Source: Seison nebaliae (Eukaryota). From it: 64,000 nt of DNA. The stretch covers positions 1 through 64,000 of the forward strand of contig JALJEE010002128.1 in NCBI GenBank assembly GCA_023231475.1, read 5' to 3'. Positions 38,019 to 49,729 of the stretch are shown one piece after another. Positions within the stretch are counted from its first letter, which is position 1, and each line of letters opens with the position of its first letter. Below the pieces are notes generated by a model. It made no database searches. It saw only the letters and a program-made list of their open reading frames with translations, and was not told the origin of the DNA. The position numbers were made by a program, and so were the translations under genes.

Positions 38019-39857
38019 TTGAATGACGATCAAAGAATGATCACAACTGACCATAATAAACCGAATACAATTGAGGAAGATGAAGAATTATTTGAAACAG
38101 ATGAAGAAATAAATAAAGATATACTTAATAAATATCTCCCAAAAAAGAAAATTGAAGAAAGTGCAATTTGGATCAGGTGTAAAATTAATGGAAATTCAAT
38201 TTTATTCCGCATATGCACTGGAGCATCGAAAACATTTATAACAAAAAAATTAGCAGAACTCTTGGAATATAAATTGACTAGTGTTGATGATGAAGATATT
38301 ATTGTTCCTACTGGAATCATCTCGGCAAACAAAATAGTAAAAGCAAAATTAGAAGTTGGAAGTGAGGTTCTTGAACATTCCCTTCTTGTTGTCGACTATA
38401 AGATGCCTTATCAAGTTTTTGGTATGGATATTATATCAAAATTGGGATTGATATTAGATTTCAATGAAAAGAAAATATTAGGAAAAAAAAATGGCGAGAT
38501 AAGTGAATTTGGAAAAATGATGGAACTAAATGAATTTATTAACCAAATGGAAGAAAATATGGAAAATAAATTGAAAGATTTTCAGGAAGTTATATCTTCC
38601 AAAAATCCTCCAGGAGAAACACTTTCCCATTGGGCTGTACGTCCCTATACCGTAAATCTAACAAATTCATTTTCAAAAGATCATGAAAGCAGAATTCTGA
38701 AAATTGTTGACAATATGTTGAAGAAGAAAATAATTGAAATCTCGAAAGAAACAAACTATATTTTGCCTTTAGTTGCTAGAGAGAAAAATGATGGAAAACT
38801 AAGAATCTTTGTCGATTTAACAAATTTGAATCATCACATATGGACCCAAAAATACGTACAACCCAATTTACAACCAGAAATTGAAGAAATTGAATATCAA
38901 AAATTTTCCGGATCAAAATATTTCTCTACAATTCGTATTGCAGAATGCCATCAGATTCCTATAGATGTAAAAGACAGACATTTAACAACTTTCCAAGTTG
39001 GATCATATACTTTACAGTTTATAAAAGTACCGTATGGCTTAGACATATATTATAAAGAGTTTACGTGGTATTTGAAAACAATCTTAACATCTGTTCTCAG
39101 GGACTTCTGTGTATTAAACAGAAGTTGTCTTTTGATTTATAGTTCTGAACTAAACGAACATGAACAACAATTTTGGAAAATCGTCAAACTATTAAATGGA
39201 GGAGGTTTATCTGTCGATTATGCAAAATGTGAATTGTTCCGGAAAGAAGTCTACTATGAAGATTATATTGTCAGTGATCGTGGATTAAAAATTTGTCCAA
39301 AAAGAATCGAGAGTATGATAAATCTCTCAAATCAATCATCGGTGTTTGATATGCAAATGTTGTTAAATTATATAGAGAAAGATGTGAAATTCTTCGAAGA
39401 TGTTTTGGTTGTCCAGGAACAACTACAGCTACGTGTTAAACAGAATCGTATTTCCACCATTTTTTATTTACCAATGTTAAAAAACAAGTTGTTGGGAAAT
39501 CCATTTTTATCTTATTTTGTTCCTTCTAGAAAAACTTTCCTGAGATTAATCATGCGCCCACATTCTGTGCAAGTAATATTAGAACAGAAAGATAAATTTT
39601 CAAAAAATTTCACAATAGGATATTTTGAATTTCAAGACAGTTACGACAACCATAAGAACCGATTTGACGCGTATCTTTATTATCAGAAGGCAATAGAACG
39701 TTTTGACAATTATTTGAAAGGAAATTTCTTTAATATTGTTTGTAAACTCGAGGTTTTTTTATGGCACCATACAAGTCATTGTTACCGTGAAGGAAAAACA
39801 GAAGAAGATAAACAATGGAACAATTTTTTTAGCAACTATGACTTTGAATTTATTTAG
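38019..39857 (+). CDS. Ty3/Gypsy pol-derived protein (protease-RT-RNase H), catalytically degenerate, no integrase
   Basis: Protease region LFRICTGASKTFI...VFGMDII; RT region LPLVAREKNDGKLRIFVDLTNLN, KYFSTIRIAECHQIPI...HLTTF...FIKVPYGL, KCELFRKEVYY; RNase H region ending WNNFFSNYDFEFI. The 612-codon ORF is uninterrupted, with its first ATG at 38037. Confidence 0.85.
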   Translation: MNDDQRMITTDHNKPNTIEEDEELFETDEEINKDILNKYLPKKKIEESAIWIRCKINGNSILFRICTGASKTFITKKLAELLEYKLTSVDDEDIIVPTGIISANKIVKAKLEVGSEVLEHSLLVVDYKMPYQVFGMDIISKLGLILDFNEKKILGKKNGEISEFGKMMELNEFINQMEENMENKLKDFQEVISSKNPPGETLSHWAVRPYTVNLTNSFSKDHESRILKIVDNMLKKKIIEISKETNYILPLVAREKNDGKLRIFVDLTNLNHHIWTQKYVQPNLQPEIEEIEYQKFSGSKYFSTIRIAECHQIPIDVKDRHLTTFQVGSYTLQFIKVPYGLDIYYKEFTWYLKTILTSVLRDFCVLNRSCLLIYSSELNEHEQQFWKIVKLLNGGGLSVDYAKCELFRKEVYYEDYIVSDRGLKICPKRIESMINLSNQSSVFDMQMLLNYIEKDVKFFEDVLVVQEQLQLRVKQNRISTIFYLPMLKNKLLGNPFLSYFVPSRKTFLRLIMRPHSVQVILEQKDKFSKNFTIGYFEFQDSYDNHKNRFDAYLYYQKAIERFDNYLKGNFFNIVCKLEVFLWHHTSHCYREGKTEEDKQWNNFFSNYDFEFI

Positions 39858-40749
39858 CAGCGATAATAACTTGCTATTAAGTTATACTACTATTAAACTC
39901 TTTCATGAATAATGAATAAATTAAAATAAGAATCGTCTTATATTTCATCTTAAACTTAACCCAATTTTATAACTTTTCGAGATTTTCAAACTACTCTGCA
40001 TTACGGTTAGGTGCAAATGCGTTAACTTTCGGAACGTTGACAAAAAAAGCGGTATATCCTATAACTAAATTCTCTAACCGACGTTACCTTTTGAATAAAT
40101 TGTTTATTTAATCTCACAGCCCTCATATACCAATAATTTGTCTAATTGGTTGTTCTTTAGTTTAGCACATAAGCTGTGTTTTATTTGAAGAAAAGACGGA
40201 CCTAAGAAATTCGTATTCAATCATCGAAAATTTTGAAGATTAACGAATACCTAATACTGACTGCACGATCCATAAAGAAAAAGTTGAAAAAAAATCCAAT
40301 AATGAACTAATAAATTGTTGAATGTCCTGATCGATGATCAATGTTGCAAATAATAAATTAAATGTTCAATTATATGAAGAATACCAATATTTTGATATCA
40401 TATAATATCAAGATTGAAACATTGGTTATTCGATGTTATAAAATGGGAAAATTTTTTTAATTTTGTTTTGAAGTTAAATATCAGACTTACAATATACATG
40501 TATGTATGGAATATTCATTGCATCACAAATGAAAGTAATGATTTATAATCCCAACCAGAAATAGGTAAAATTAAAGAAAAATAAGTTTAATGAGCAAAAT
40601 TTATTTGTTATTTCAAAAATAAGCAATTATTAAGAATTAGAAAAATTGAATTAGATGGTTTCGTAATTCTTTTTTAGAAATAATAGAACAAAGTACATTA
40701 AATAAAACTGAGAAAAAAATGTTAATATCATTAATTTTATATTAATCTT

Positions 40750-43700
40750 TTATCCTTTAAAGTTCAATAATTTCGTAACAATTGGAAGTTTTCCTTTTCG
40801 ACATTTGTCTCGTTTCCAATCAGGAAAGTTAAATAATTTCTTCCAATTATTCCATGAACATTTCAATAATGCTTCCAATGCTAAATAAGGAATATATGAG
40901 AATAAAACATTAATTCAATAAAATTCCAAACGTTTGAATCGATCTTTCTTTTCGACGCAAAATGGTAAGACGGCAGGTCCCTTGCATAGAATTGGGAATC
41001 TTTCTGCGAGAACTTCATACCAATTGTGAGAAATTTTCTTCAACATTAAAGCGTTTACTCGTTTCGCTTGACAGTAGAGACCGTTACAGTTGAATCCTCG
41101 ACAGACATCGGACGAATCTTTTTCTGGATATCGATCAACGAATTTCAGGATAAAGTCATCCCATCGATTATATCGACACCAATTTCGCCAGAATGTCTCC
41201 AATAAGAAATTTATATTTCCTGGAGAATTTACTTACAAGTTAAATTTGAATATAATAAGAAATAACTTCTTTCTTCCAACACTTGTGGCTTTATACAAAT
41301 GGGAACGACACGTTTAGTTCCCGAAAGATCTCGACCAATGAAAAATTTGAATAATTTCAATAATCGAGGATCAGTTTTCTTCGCGTCATTCGCTGTTATG
41401 GATAAACCAAAACATTGTTCTTCTCCTTTACATTTCATGGCGTCCAAACACGAGTCATGACCGAAAATTAAGCCCGATTGTTTTGCATTCGTTTCGAAAT
41501 CGACACGTCCCGTTATCTCGCCCATAATATCGTCAATGATCGGTTCTAATTGAACACGATAAGCCAAAAGTATTTGTTCATCATCTGATGGGAAAAAATG
41601 ATCGATCTTATTATGAAGAAAAAATTTGAAACCTAATCCAGTCCATGATGGATTGATGCATAATTCATAAATACCCGATAAATGGAAATGCTTCTTAAAT
41701 ATATCTTTCAATTTGAATTCTTCTAATTGTCCATTTGTTGCCTGTACTTTATAACAGACATGACTTGCATCACAAGGACGGTTACATAATTTTTTATTAC
41801 CTGAAAAATTTAAATAGTTCGATATCAAGAAAGAAATATTAACCACAAGAATATCCATCACCAGATGCACCTTCATTGCAAACACACCCATAATTACCAG
41901 ACGGTTCACGCATACATGTTGCATCTTTATGACAATTTCTAGTATTTGATTTCGTCAATCGACCGTTGCCTTGACAAGTTAAAAATTTTCGACAATCAGA
42001 TTGCAGAACTTTCTCTCCTTGTTTTAAATCTCCATATTCTTCGGTTGAGCAACCACATTGGGATTGTGGTATCGCTTTTCCACCGAACAACAAATATCCT
42101 TTAATTGGTTGACATCTGAATGGTTCTTGACGTTGAGCTAATGCACAATGTTGTCCTCTTGGATCTTCACATGTTTTTGGACAAAGATTCACTGACGATT
42201 TATATTCAGTGTTTTCCGGACAGATTTTAGCTATTTTCAAAAATTCTTTCACTCATCGAATAAAATGGAAAAGTTAACGGCATAGAGGTGAGAAGTTCTT
42301 CTTGCTTAGAATTCCAACATTTTCACAATCACGATTAAATGTTACTTGATAATTACATAAAACATCCACAAAATCATTCTCGACTAATGCCTCCTTCCCT
42401 TTACCATAAAATTGACGAATATCTTCAACACAATCCCCCATAACTCCTGTGTACAACAATGGGAAATTCTAAGAAAAGAACGGTAGAAATATAATGAGAA
42501 AATCATTTGAACTTTTGCGCATTCCTCTGACATTTGTCCGGTGAACTTACTACACCAAGTACCAATTTTGGTCATTTGATCATCAGTGAGCATTCGACCT
42601 TTTGGTGTAATTGGTTTTTCTTTTTGTTCAATTCCTAAACGTTCACATCTGATTAAAAGAAAAAAATGTCATTTCCATCATATGAAAATAAAAACTGTTT
42701 AATGTTACTATTGTCTGGTACTTCAAAGGTATAGCCACCATCCCAATTACGTGCCTTATTATGTTCAACACCAAAAGCGTCAGTTAAGTCGTTTTGTTCG
42801 ACACCTGAAAAATGTTTAATGAAATAAATTTCGTTCAATTATTTCCTAACCATCGAAATTTCCACAAAGGCCTTCCATTTTATTTCCATAAGAATCAGAA
42901 ACACCAATTGAGGCCATACGGGCTTGTACGTTAAATTCGATTCCCCAATGACATTTTTCATTTAAAACAAAAATTGTACTTCGTTCCTCGAATATGTAAA
43001 TCACATCCAAATCTTTTCCAACACTCAAATATTGTGGTAATCTAGTTGGCTCATCATTAATTGAAACGACCGGTAATTTCTGATTTGTTGATGATGTAAT
43101 TCGAATTTCATGTTCTCCAACTAGAACGTCGAGTAATTTGGTGACAGTAGCGGCAGATGCTCGATGATTATTCGATCGATGAACATTCTTTTGTTCGACA
43201 CTGAACCAACAAGGAGACTAGAGAAAGAAAATGATATTTTTGATGAAATTTGAAATGTAACGAATTTATTGCCTTTCACTGTGGCCAAATTATATTTACA
43301 TTCACCTTGGAAATTAAATTTCATTCCATCGAAGGTATGATAATGAGGATCGCCTCTGGCAGTACAGAATTGTAATTTTTTGTCTAAAATTTTTGTGTCA
43401 CCAAAGCTCATAAGGGAAAAGATTAACCGATAAATTTCTTCAATTTGTTTCTACGTCCAATACGCCCTTCTCTTCGTCGAGTTCGATCTCTGCGATTTCG
43501 ACTTCTTTCTCTTCGTCGATTACTGAAATCACGATCTCGTTTTTTTTCATCGTCTTTGTCTTTTTTCTCTGCTTTTCCTAAATATATCTTCCATAAATCT
43601 TCTTTAATCTTTTTCATTTTTCCTTCTTTTTCTTTCTTCGTATTCTGTTTATCTAATCGCAATTTTCGGAGACGAGCTAAAATCTTTCGGAATTTCCTCT

Positions 43701-46700
43701 TCACTTCACCATTATTCAGGAATTTACATTGAGCTTTGTAATCGGCAGCATTTGGGTTAACATCTAATCGTCCTTTATGTTTGAGAACATTATTCATATT
43801 TTCATCACGCTAAACAGAAATAGAAAGTGAAGAAATATAAAACTATAAAACCTTCTTGTCCACCAATTTCTTGTCTTGACGTACTTTGTTATGAACTTTC
43901 TTCGGTTTTGGTTGCTTCAATCGAAGTTTTTTCGTACTCGAATTTGGTGATCGTCGACGATGGAGATTTCGGAATAATCTAAAAATACTTGCATCTCCTA
44001 TCGATTTATGAGGATTTCTCATATGTTCTCTACTGGTCTCAGAACGCTCAGAATTAGCTCGAGGACGATTGGGAACTAGAGCCTGTCTAAAAGCAGCAGG
44101 TACGTTTACTTTTGTCTCTGATTTTTCCTTTTTATTGAAGAATGCATCCATTATATTTCCAAGTTTTGGAGAATGTCTCCTAGTTTCTTCACGAGAATGA
44201 GCATGTCTCCTAGTTTCTTGACGAGCATGAGCATGTCTCCTAGTTTCTTCACGAGCATGAGCATGTCGAGGTCGATGTCTTCCAAACAAACCTCCAAACA
44301 AACCTCGTTTTCCACGGAAGTGTTGAAATAATCGGCCGAATAACGGCATATGTCCTTTCTTGATTGATTTTTTGTGCCCAACTGCCTTCTTCATAAAATC
44401 AAGTATTTTAAATCCACCACGATTACGGCAATTGACCTTCTTTTTTCCATGTTTCATTCGTCGTTGTTTTCTCATTTGTTTTCTCGCTTTACGTTGATTC
44501 TTTTTTTTCTCTTTTCGATCTTTCTTCAACATATTAGCAATCCTTTTCCTTTCATTTTTAGCGATTTGTTTTCGATTTCTTACCTTCCTCTGCTGTTTCC
44601 TTTTTATTATCTTCAATGCTTTCAACGCGTCGGCACGAGGAAATTTATTGAGCCAATGTTCATCACCACAAACCGGAATGTTTTCCTTTTTAGGTTTTTC
44701 TTTATTTTTTTCCATTTCCTCTCGTTTTTTACGTTCTTCTTCCTCTCGCTTCTTCTTCGCGGCTTCACGTTCTTTCTGTCTGTCAATTGGATTCTCTTCT
44801 TTTGGCAATTGAATATCGAGTAATTGACAACCGAATTTTATTTGGAGAACTGAAATTCCATCGACACAAGTCGATTGAAGAAATGTATTTTTAGTCGCGC
44901 TAAATTCACATTTGCGTTGATCTTTCTCAACACTACATCTAAACAAAGAGAAAATTATTAATAATATTAGATAGAAATTGAAATTAACAATTTCTTAATA
45001 GTTGAGAGAACATTCTTCGCATAACATGGAAATTTATCTGCTGCAATCATCTGTCCACTAGCTTCATAAGGACATTCATCCATATTACTCGTCATTCGAG
45101 GTCGTCCAAAAAATGCACCAACAATTTTCAATTTACTATTTTCCGGACATTCTAATCTCACTTTATCGTTGTAACATATCGGACCAGAAACAGTAAACGG
45201 TTCATCAGGAATAGCTGCCCATGTGAAAGCTTCACGAATCAAATCTGGTGAAACATCTCCTCCATTGAGAAGTTGATCATAATCTTTTATTTCTTCTACC
45301 TCTTCAATAACTCTTCCAATGTTTTCGGGTTCGATATTCACTCGCTCCTCTACACAAACCATCAGTTAAAGAAGATAAAAATGGTAAAAAATATAGAACT
45401 GCAAGAAGTATCAGGATCGCCGAAGAAACCGGGATTGCATATACAATCATAACCGCCGATATTGATGGGGGAACAATGAGCATTTATACCACAACCGTCT
45501 TCATCTGTCACACGTTTCTCCACTTTATTCGGTCCAACACACGAATATGTTGTGGTACAATCTTTTCCCATTAACTCGTCACCAACTTTCATTTTACCAA
45601 TTAATGGTATTGCACAACCACATTCGTTCTGTTTCACACATTCGCCCATGTGTTTCACATAACCTGTGTCACATAAACAAGTTTCTTCTGCGTCATTGAT
45701 ATTCTCAATACTACAGATATTAATATCATCGAAACAAGTTTTCTCACATACTTGAAGAGCTGGAGTATATTTGGAATACGGCGGACAATGGAATGCTAAA
45801 ATTTAAAAAAGAGAAATATTATATGGAAAAATTGGATATTCAAAAAAAAATTCAAACGACAGAAATTCTCATTTCTCCATTCGATCACCGTTCCTAATAC
45901 CAATTTACATTCGAAAGCTAAATTAGCTGCATGAGAACATCGGATGGCATCCATTTTAACTTTAGGTCCTTTCCTGTACAAAGCTGTGATATCCATCTTA
46001 CAATGGTCCACTTTCAACTTGACAATCGAACTATCTTTTGTGGCACATTCTTGAAAAGCAGGAATAGTGAAGATCTCCTCACATAATTCTGTAATTTCTG
46101 TTGTCTCATCTTTCGTCATCGGTTCTGGTATCATTCGACTGGGATCGATTTGAGGTTCTTGTTGAACTGCACAATCTTCATTATCACTAAAATCGGAAAA
46201 TTAGTAATTTGATGATTTTTACAATAATTGAATAAGGAACTTGTAAAGATCTGTAATTCCAGTATCATCATTCACTTTGAATGAATGTCCACCTCGCCAA
46301 TTAATTATGTCGTCCATGGGTTGCAAGACACCGTTGGCATCCTTTGCATCATTCGTATGATCTCCATCATTATTTCCACAAATTCCTTCCATTTTAGCAT
46401 GCCACTTTGGATCGAGTATAATTCTCGCCGACATATATTGATCATAAGATACTTTGAATCCACAGCAATCATGTTTCACCCAAATCTTCTTCGCTGTTTT
46501 CCAAATTCTCAAATTACCATAATCTACTGGAACATCAACGGCCAATGTGTTGTTCGTTTCAATTTCCTTTCACACAATAATAATTTTGAATTAAAATTTA
46601 AAAGAAACCATCACAACGGAACGAGTAATACGTAGTTTTTCTGATCGAGTTTTAATATCAACCGCTTGTAATGTGGAACCGAAAACGCCCGTCTCAAATG

Positions 46701-49115
46701 AGATTGTATGATCTTCAGTCGGTTTCACTTCAACTGTAAACCAACATGGATCCTAAAAATCAGATAAAAAATTATTTGGAATAAAAAAGTTAAATTGAAA
46801 GATGAAAATTAAACTTCATAATCCACAACTCGAGTGGCTGTATATTTGCAAGTTCCTTGAAAATGGTTATAAATCCGATCAAATGTTCGGAAATGTGGAT
46901 CACCAGTGATATCACAGAAAGTTGGTTTCTTATCAGGATTATTTTCAATTTTATCTTCTTCCAATTTCGACATATCCAAAGCACAAGGATCAACATAGGT
47001 TCGTTCTTCAGGGACAGGTGTTGACGGAATTTCACCTTCAATAATTTTTGTCTTAATTGAATTGTGAAGACAAATGAATTGGACAATAAAATCATGTGTC
47101 GTATCACCACATGGTTCTCCGAAAAAATTGTCGTTGATTTGGAACAAACATTTCTGACGATAGAAACAATGTGATTGCAATTTCTCCGTTACACCCAAAT
47201 CGAAACAAGGTGCCGGTTCATCCAATGAAGCCGTTCGACATTTATTCGATAAAGGAGTAGATGAAACACGTCCATAGAATGCGCCATAAATATGCATCCA
47301 ATGATTATCAGGACAAACCAATTGCACTTTCGTATCTTCACAAATTACACCGGAAGTTTTGTATTTATCCGTCGGTATGAGAAGAGTACTCACATATTTT
47401 TGCACTGCATCCACCAAATCTTCATCATCCGTCGTTGCTACGACATATGGGAAATTGTAAATTAGATAATCTGCAAGATCACCCGTCTTTCCATGAATCA
47501 CGACAGCTGGTTCATCACAAGCGAAATTCGGATCGCCAAAATATCCATCCAGACACATACAATCATATTCACCTTCTGGAGTTGTGCCACATTTCGTGTT
47601 ATACCCACAAGTCATTGGTGACAACTCGATTTTTTTTGGGGCGACACATGTTACCACTTGTGTACAAGTTGTATCCACTCGACTTTCTCCGTACTAATTT
47701 GAAGATTTTAAATAATTTATATATTGATAATAATATATTTATATTGAATAAAAATATGAGATAAGATTATAAGAAAGATAGAAATTTAACTTTCATTTCA
47801 CCTAAAGTTTCATGGACACAACCACAATCTTCTTCTTTTACACACTCCCCACTATGATACAACAGACCAGACATACAAACACAATCCTCGTGAGGTTGTT
47901 TCATATCCTCATGACATTTCTCTTGTTTCAAATCGTAACAAGTTTTAGGACAATTTGTCACTCTGGGATAATATATCATTTCCGGTAATGGACATTCATA
48001 AGCTACGAAATAAGTATTTAATTTAAAGAAATAAAATAATTTAAATTTCTAGAAAACTAACGACAAAATGCAAATGATCTCCACATTAATTGTACTGGAT
48101 ATTTATTGATACAATGTTCAGAGAATGATCTAGCATAATTACATACATCATCGAAACGATCGTCATCATTAGCGTTGGGATTTTGAAGGAAAAAATCAGC
48201 TTGACAATCATCCACTACCATCGCCATCAACTTACGATCTTCCGCATCCTGAACGAAAGATTATGTTATTATTGATAGAGAACTTTCTCAAACTTTTAAA
48301 CAATTTTGTTTGAATGCTTCATTGTTTGCGATCTTTTGACAGAATAAGGAAAACCGTTCTTTTTCTGGTTCTGGTATCGGATCAATAAAATTACCCATTC
48401 TTCCGATAATTAGTCGTTCAGTACCTTTCCTTACACAAACATCGATATTCGAATCATCAAAAACTTCGAAAGAGTAAGCACCATCCCATTGAAAGACATT
48501 ACTTGGTGTGGTCATTACTCCATTGGCATCCTGATGATCATTCTCTTTATTACCATCAAAATTACCACAAATTCCGAAGAATTTATTCGGGAACCAATTG
48601 TCTTTGCACACCTCAATTTTTAAGGACATCATTCGATTGACCACACTATAAGTCAATTTCCATTTACACTGAGAATTGGTAATAACATAATTGCTGCCTT
48701 GTTTGAAACCAGCCAATTTACCATCACCAGTTTTAAATGGATAAGTTGTAGTCACTTCATCAATGTCGACCATATGAGGATTGTCTTTTTTCGCTCGAAT
48801 CCGACCGATCGATTGTGTCTTCAAATCGAACATTGTCATAACAGCTGGATCTCGACCATTTACCTTGTTATAACGACCATCAGGAATAGCTTTATATTCT
48901 ACGGAGAACCAACACGGATGACTTTCATCGACTACTTTCGATAACAAATATTTACATCTGCCTTGATGATCATTTCGATTTCCATCATACGTTGTAACGT
49001 GAGGATCACCACGTGTCCAACAACTAGTCCATTGACGACATTGAGTCGTTTGCACTTGATCGATCAGTACGTTGATCGACAAGAATAAAGGAAAGATAAT
49101 TAACGATAATTTCAT
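40750..49115 (-). CDS. Large secreted VWD/C8/TIL/EGF protein with SUEL (Gal-binding) lectin domains and a K/R-rich insert (FCGBP/zonadhesin/Sfp1-like), 20 exons, roughly 2,400-2,500 aa
   Basis: Signal peptide; three VWD domains starting GDPH with GICGNx[11 protein letters not shown]8 domains (W...C); TIL (CPKTC); EGF-like repeats (C.C..G..GD); two SUEL-like domains ([12 protein letters not shown]...[20 protein letters not shown]...IVGAFFGR). Nineteen introns join the segments in frame. Confidence 0.9.
44171..44268 (-). repeat. Coding 30-bp tandem repeat ([10 protein letters not shown], about 3 copies)
   Basis: The unit catgtctcctagtttcttcacgagcatgag repeats with few substitutions. Confidence 0.9.
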
Positions 49116-49729
49116 TCTCCAAAATATTATGGAGAAAAGAGTTTATTGAAATGATTTCAATTTAATTCTTAGAACTTATCCTTTCTCTCCTTTTATATTC
49201 CAAAAATTCTTCAAGTACATATTTCATCATTTGTCGATTAAATCATTAAAAACTTTTCAGTTTTCTTCTTATCACAATTTCATCATTCCAAATCACTTCC
49301 TTTGTTCTTCTTCTTTCCTAACTTTTAACTTCTAATCCGATTTTAACGAGTTGAGAAATCATTCTCAAAATTAGTTCTGCAAAATCACTCAGACTTCGAA
49401 GGAACAAATGATTATTTTAAATTTATTGCGAAGTCTCAGAAAAGTTTCTAACAACAATTATAACAATAAAGAAATATTCTTTTCATATTCTTTCTGTCGT
49501 ATCATCGTATCATTTACAAACGATGATATTTAATGAAATTCTGATAAATGAAAAATTGATTCAAAGAAAAAAATTGTCCTTCTCAATCCACCATATTGAA
49601 GGATTGTGTTTGATGAAAAAACTTGAAAGTAAAACGAACAGAAATTAAATAAAAATAAAATTGGGTGGAAAATTGAGAGATTTAAAAAGAAGTTTTTTTG
49701 GACACAAAATTTTCGATGAATAAAAATTT

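Noticed and set aside
43445..44823. Plus-strand Phe/Leu/Ser-rich ORFs that look like membrane proteins
   Set aside because: They are antisense to the K/R/E-rich exons of the VWD gene.
45350..45399. Suspected non-AG acceptor in the VWD gene
   Set aside because: A canonical gtgtag acceptor at 45350 restores the frame.
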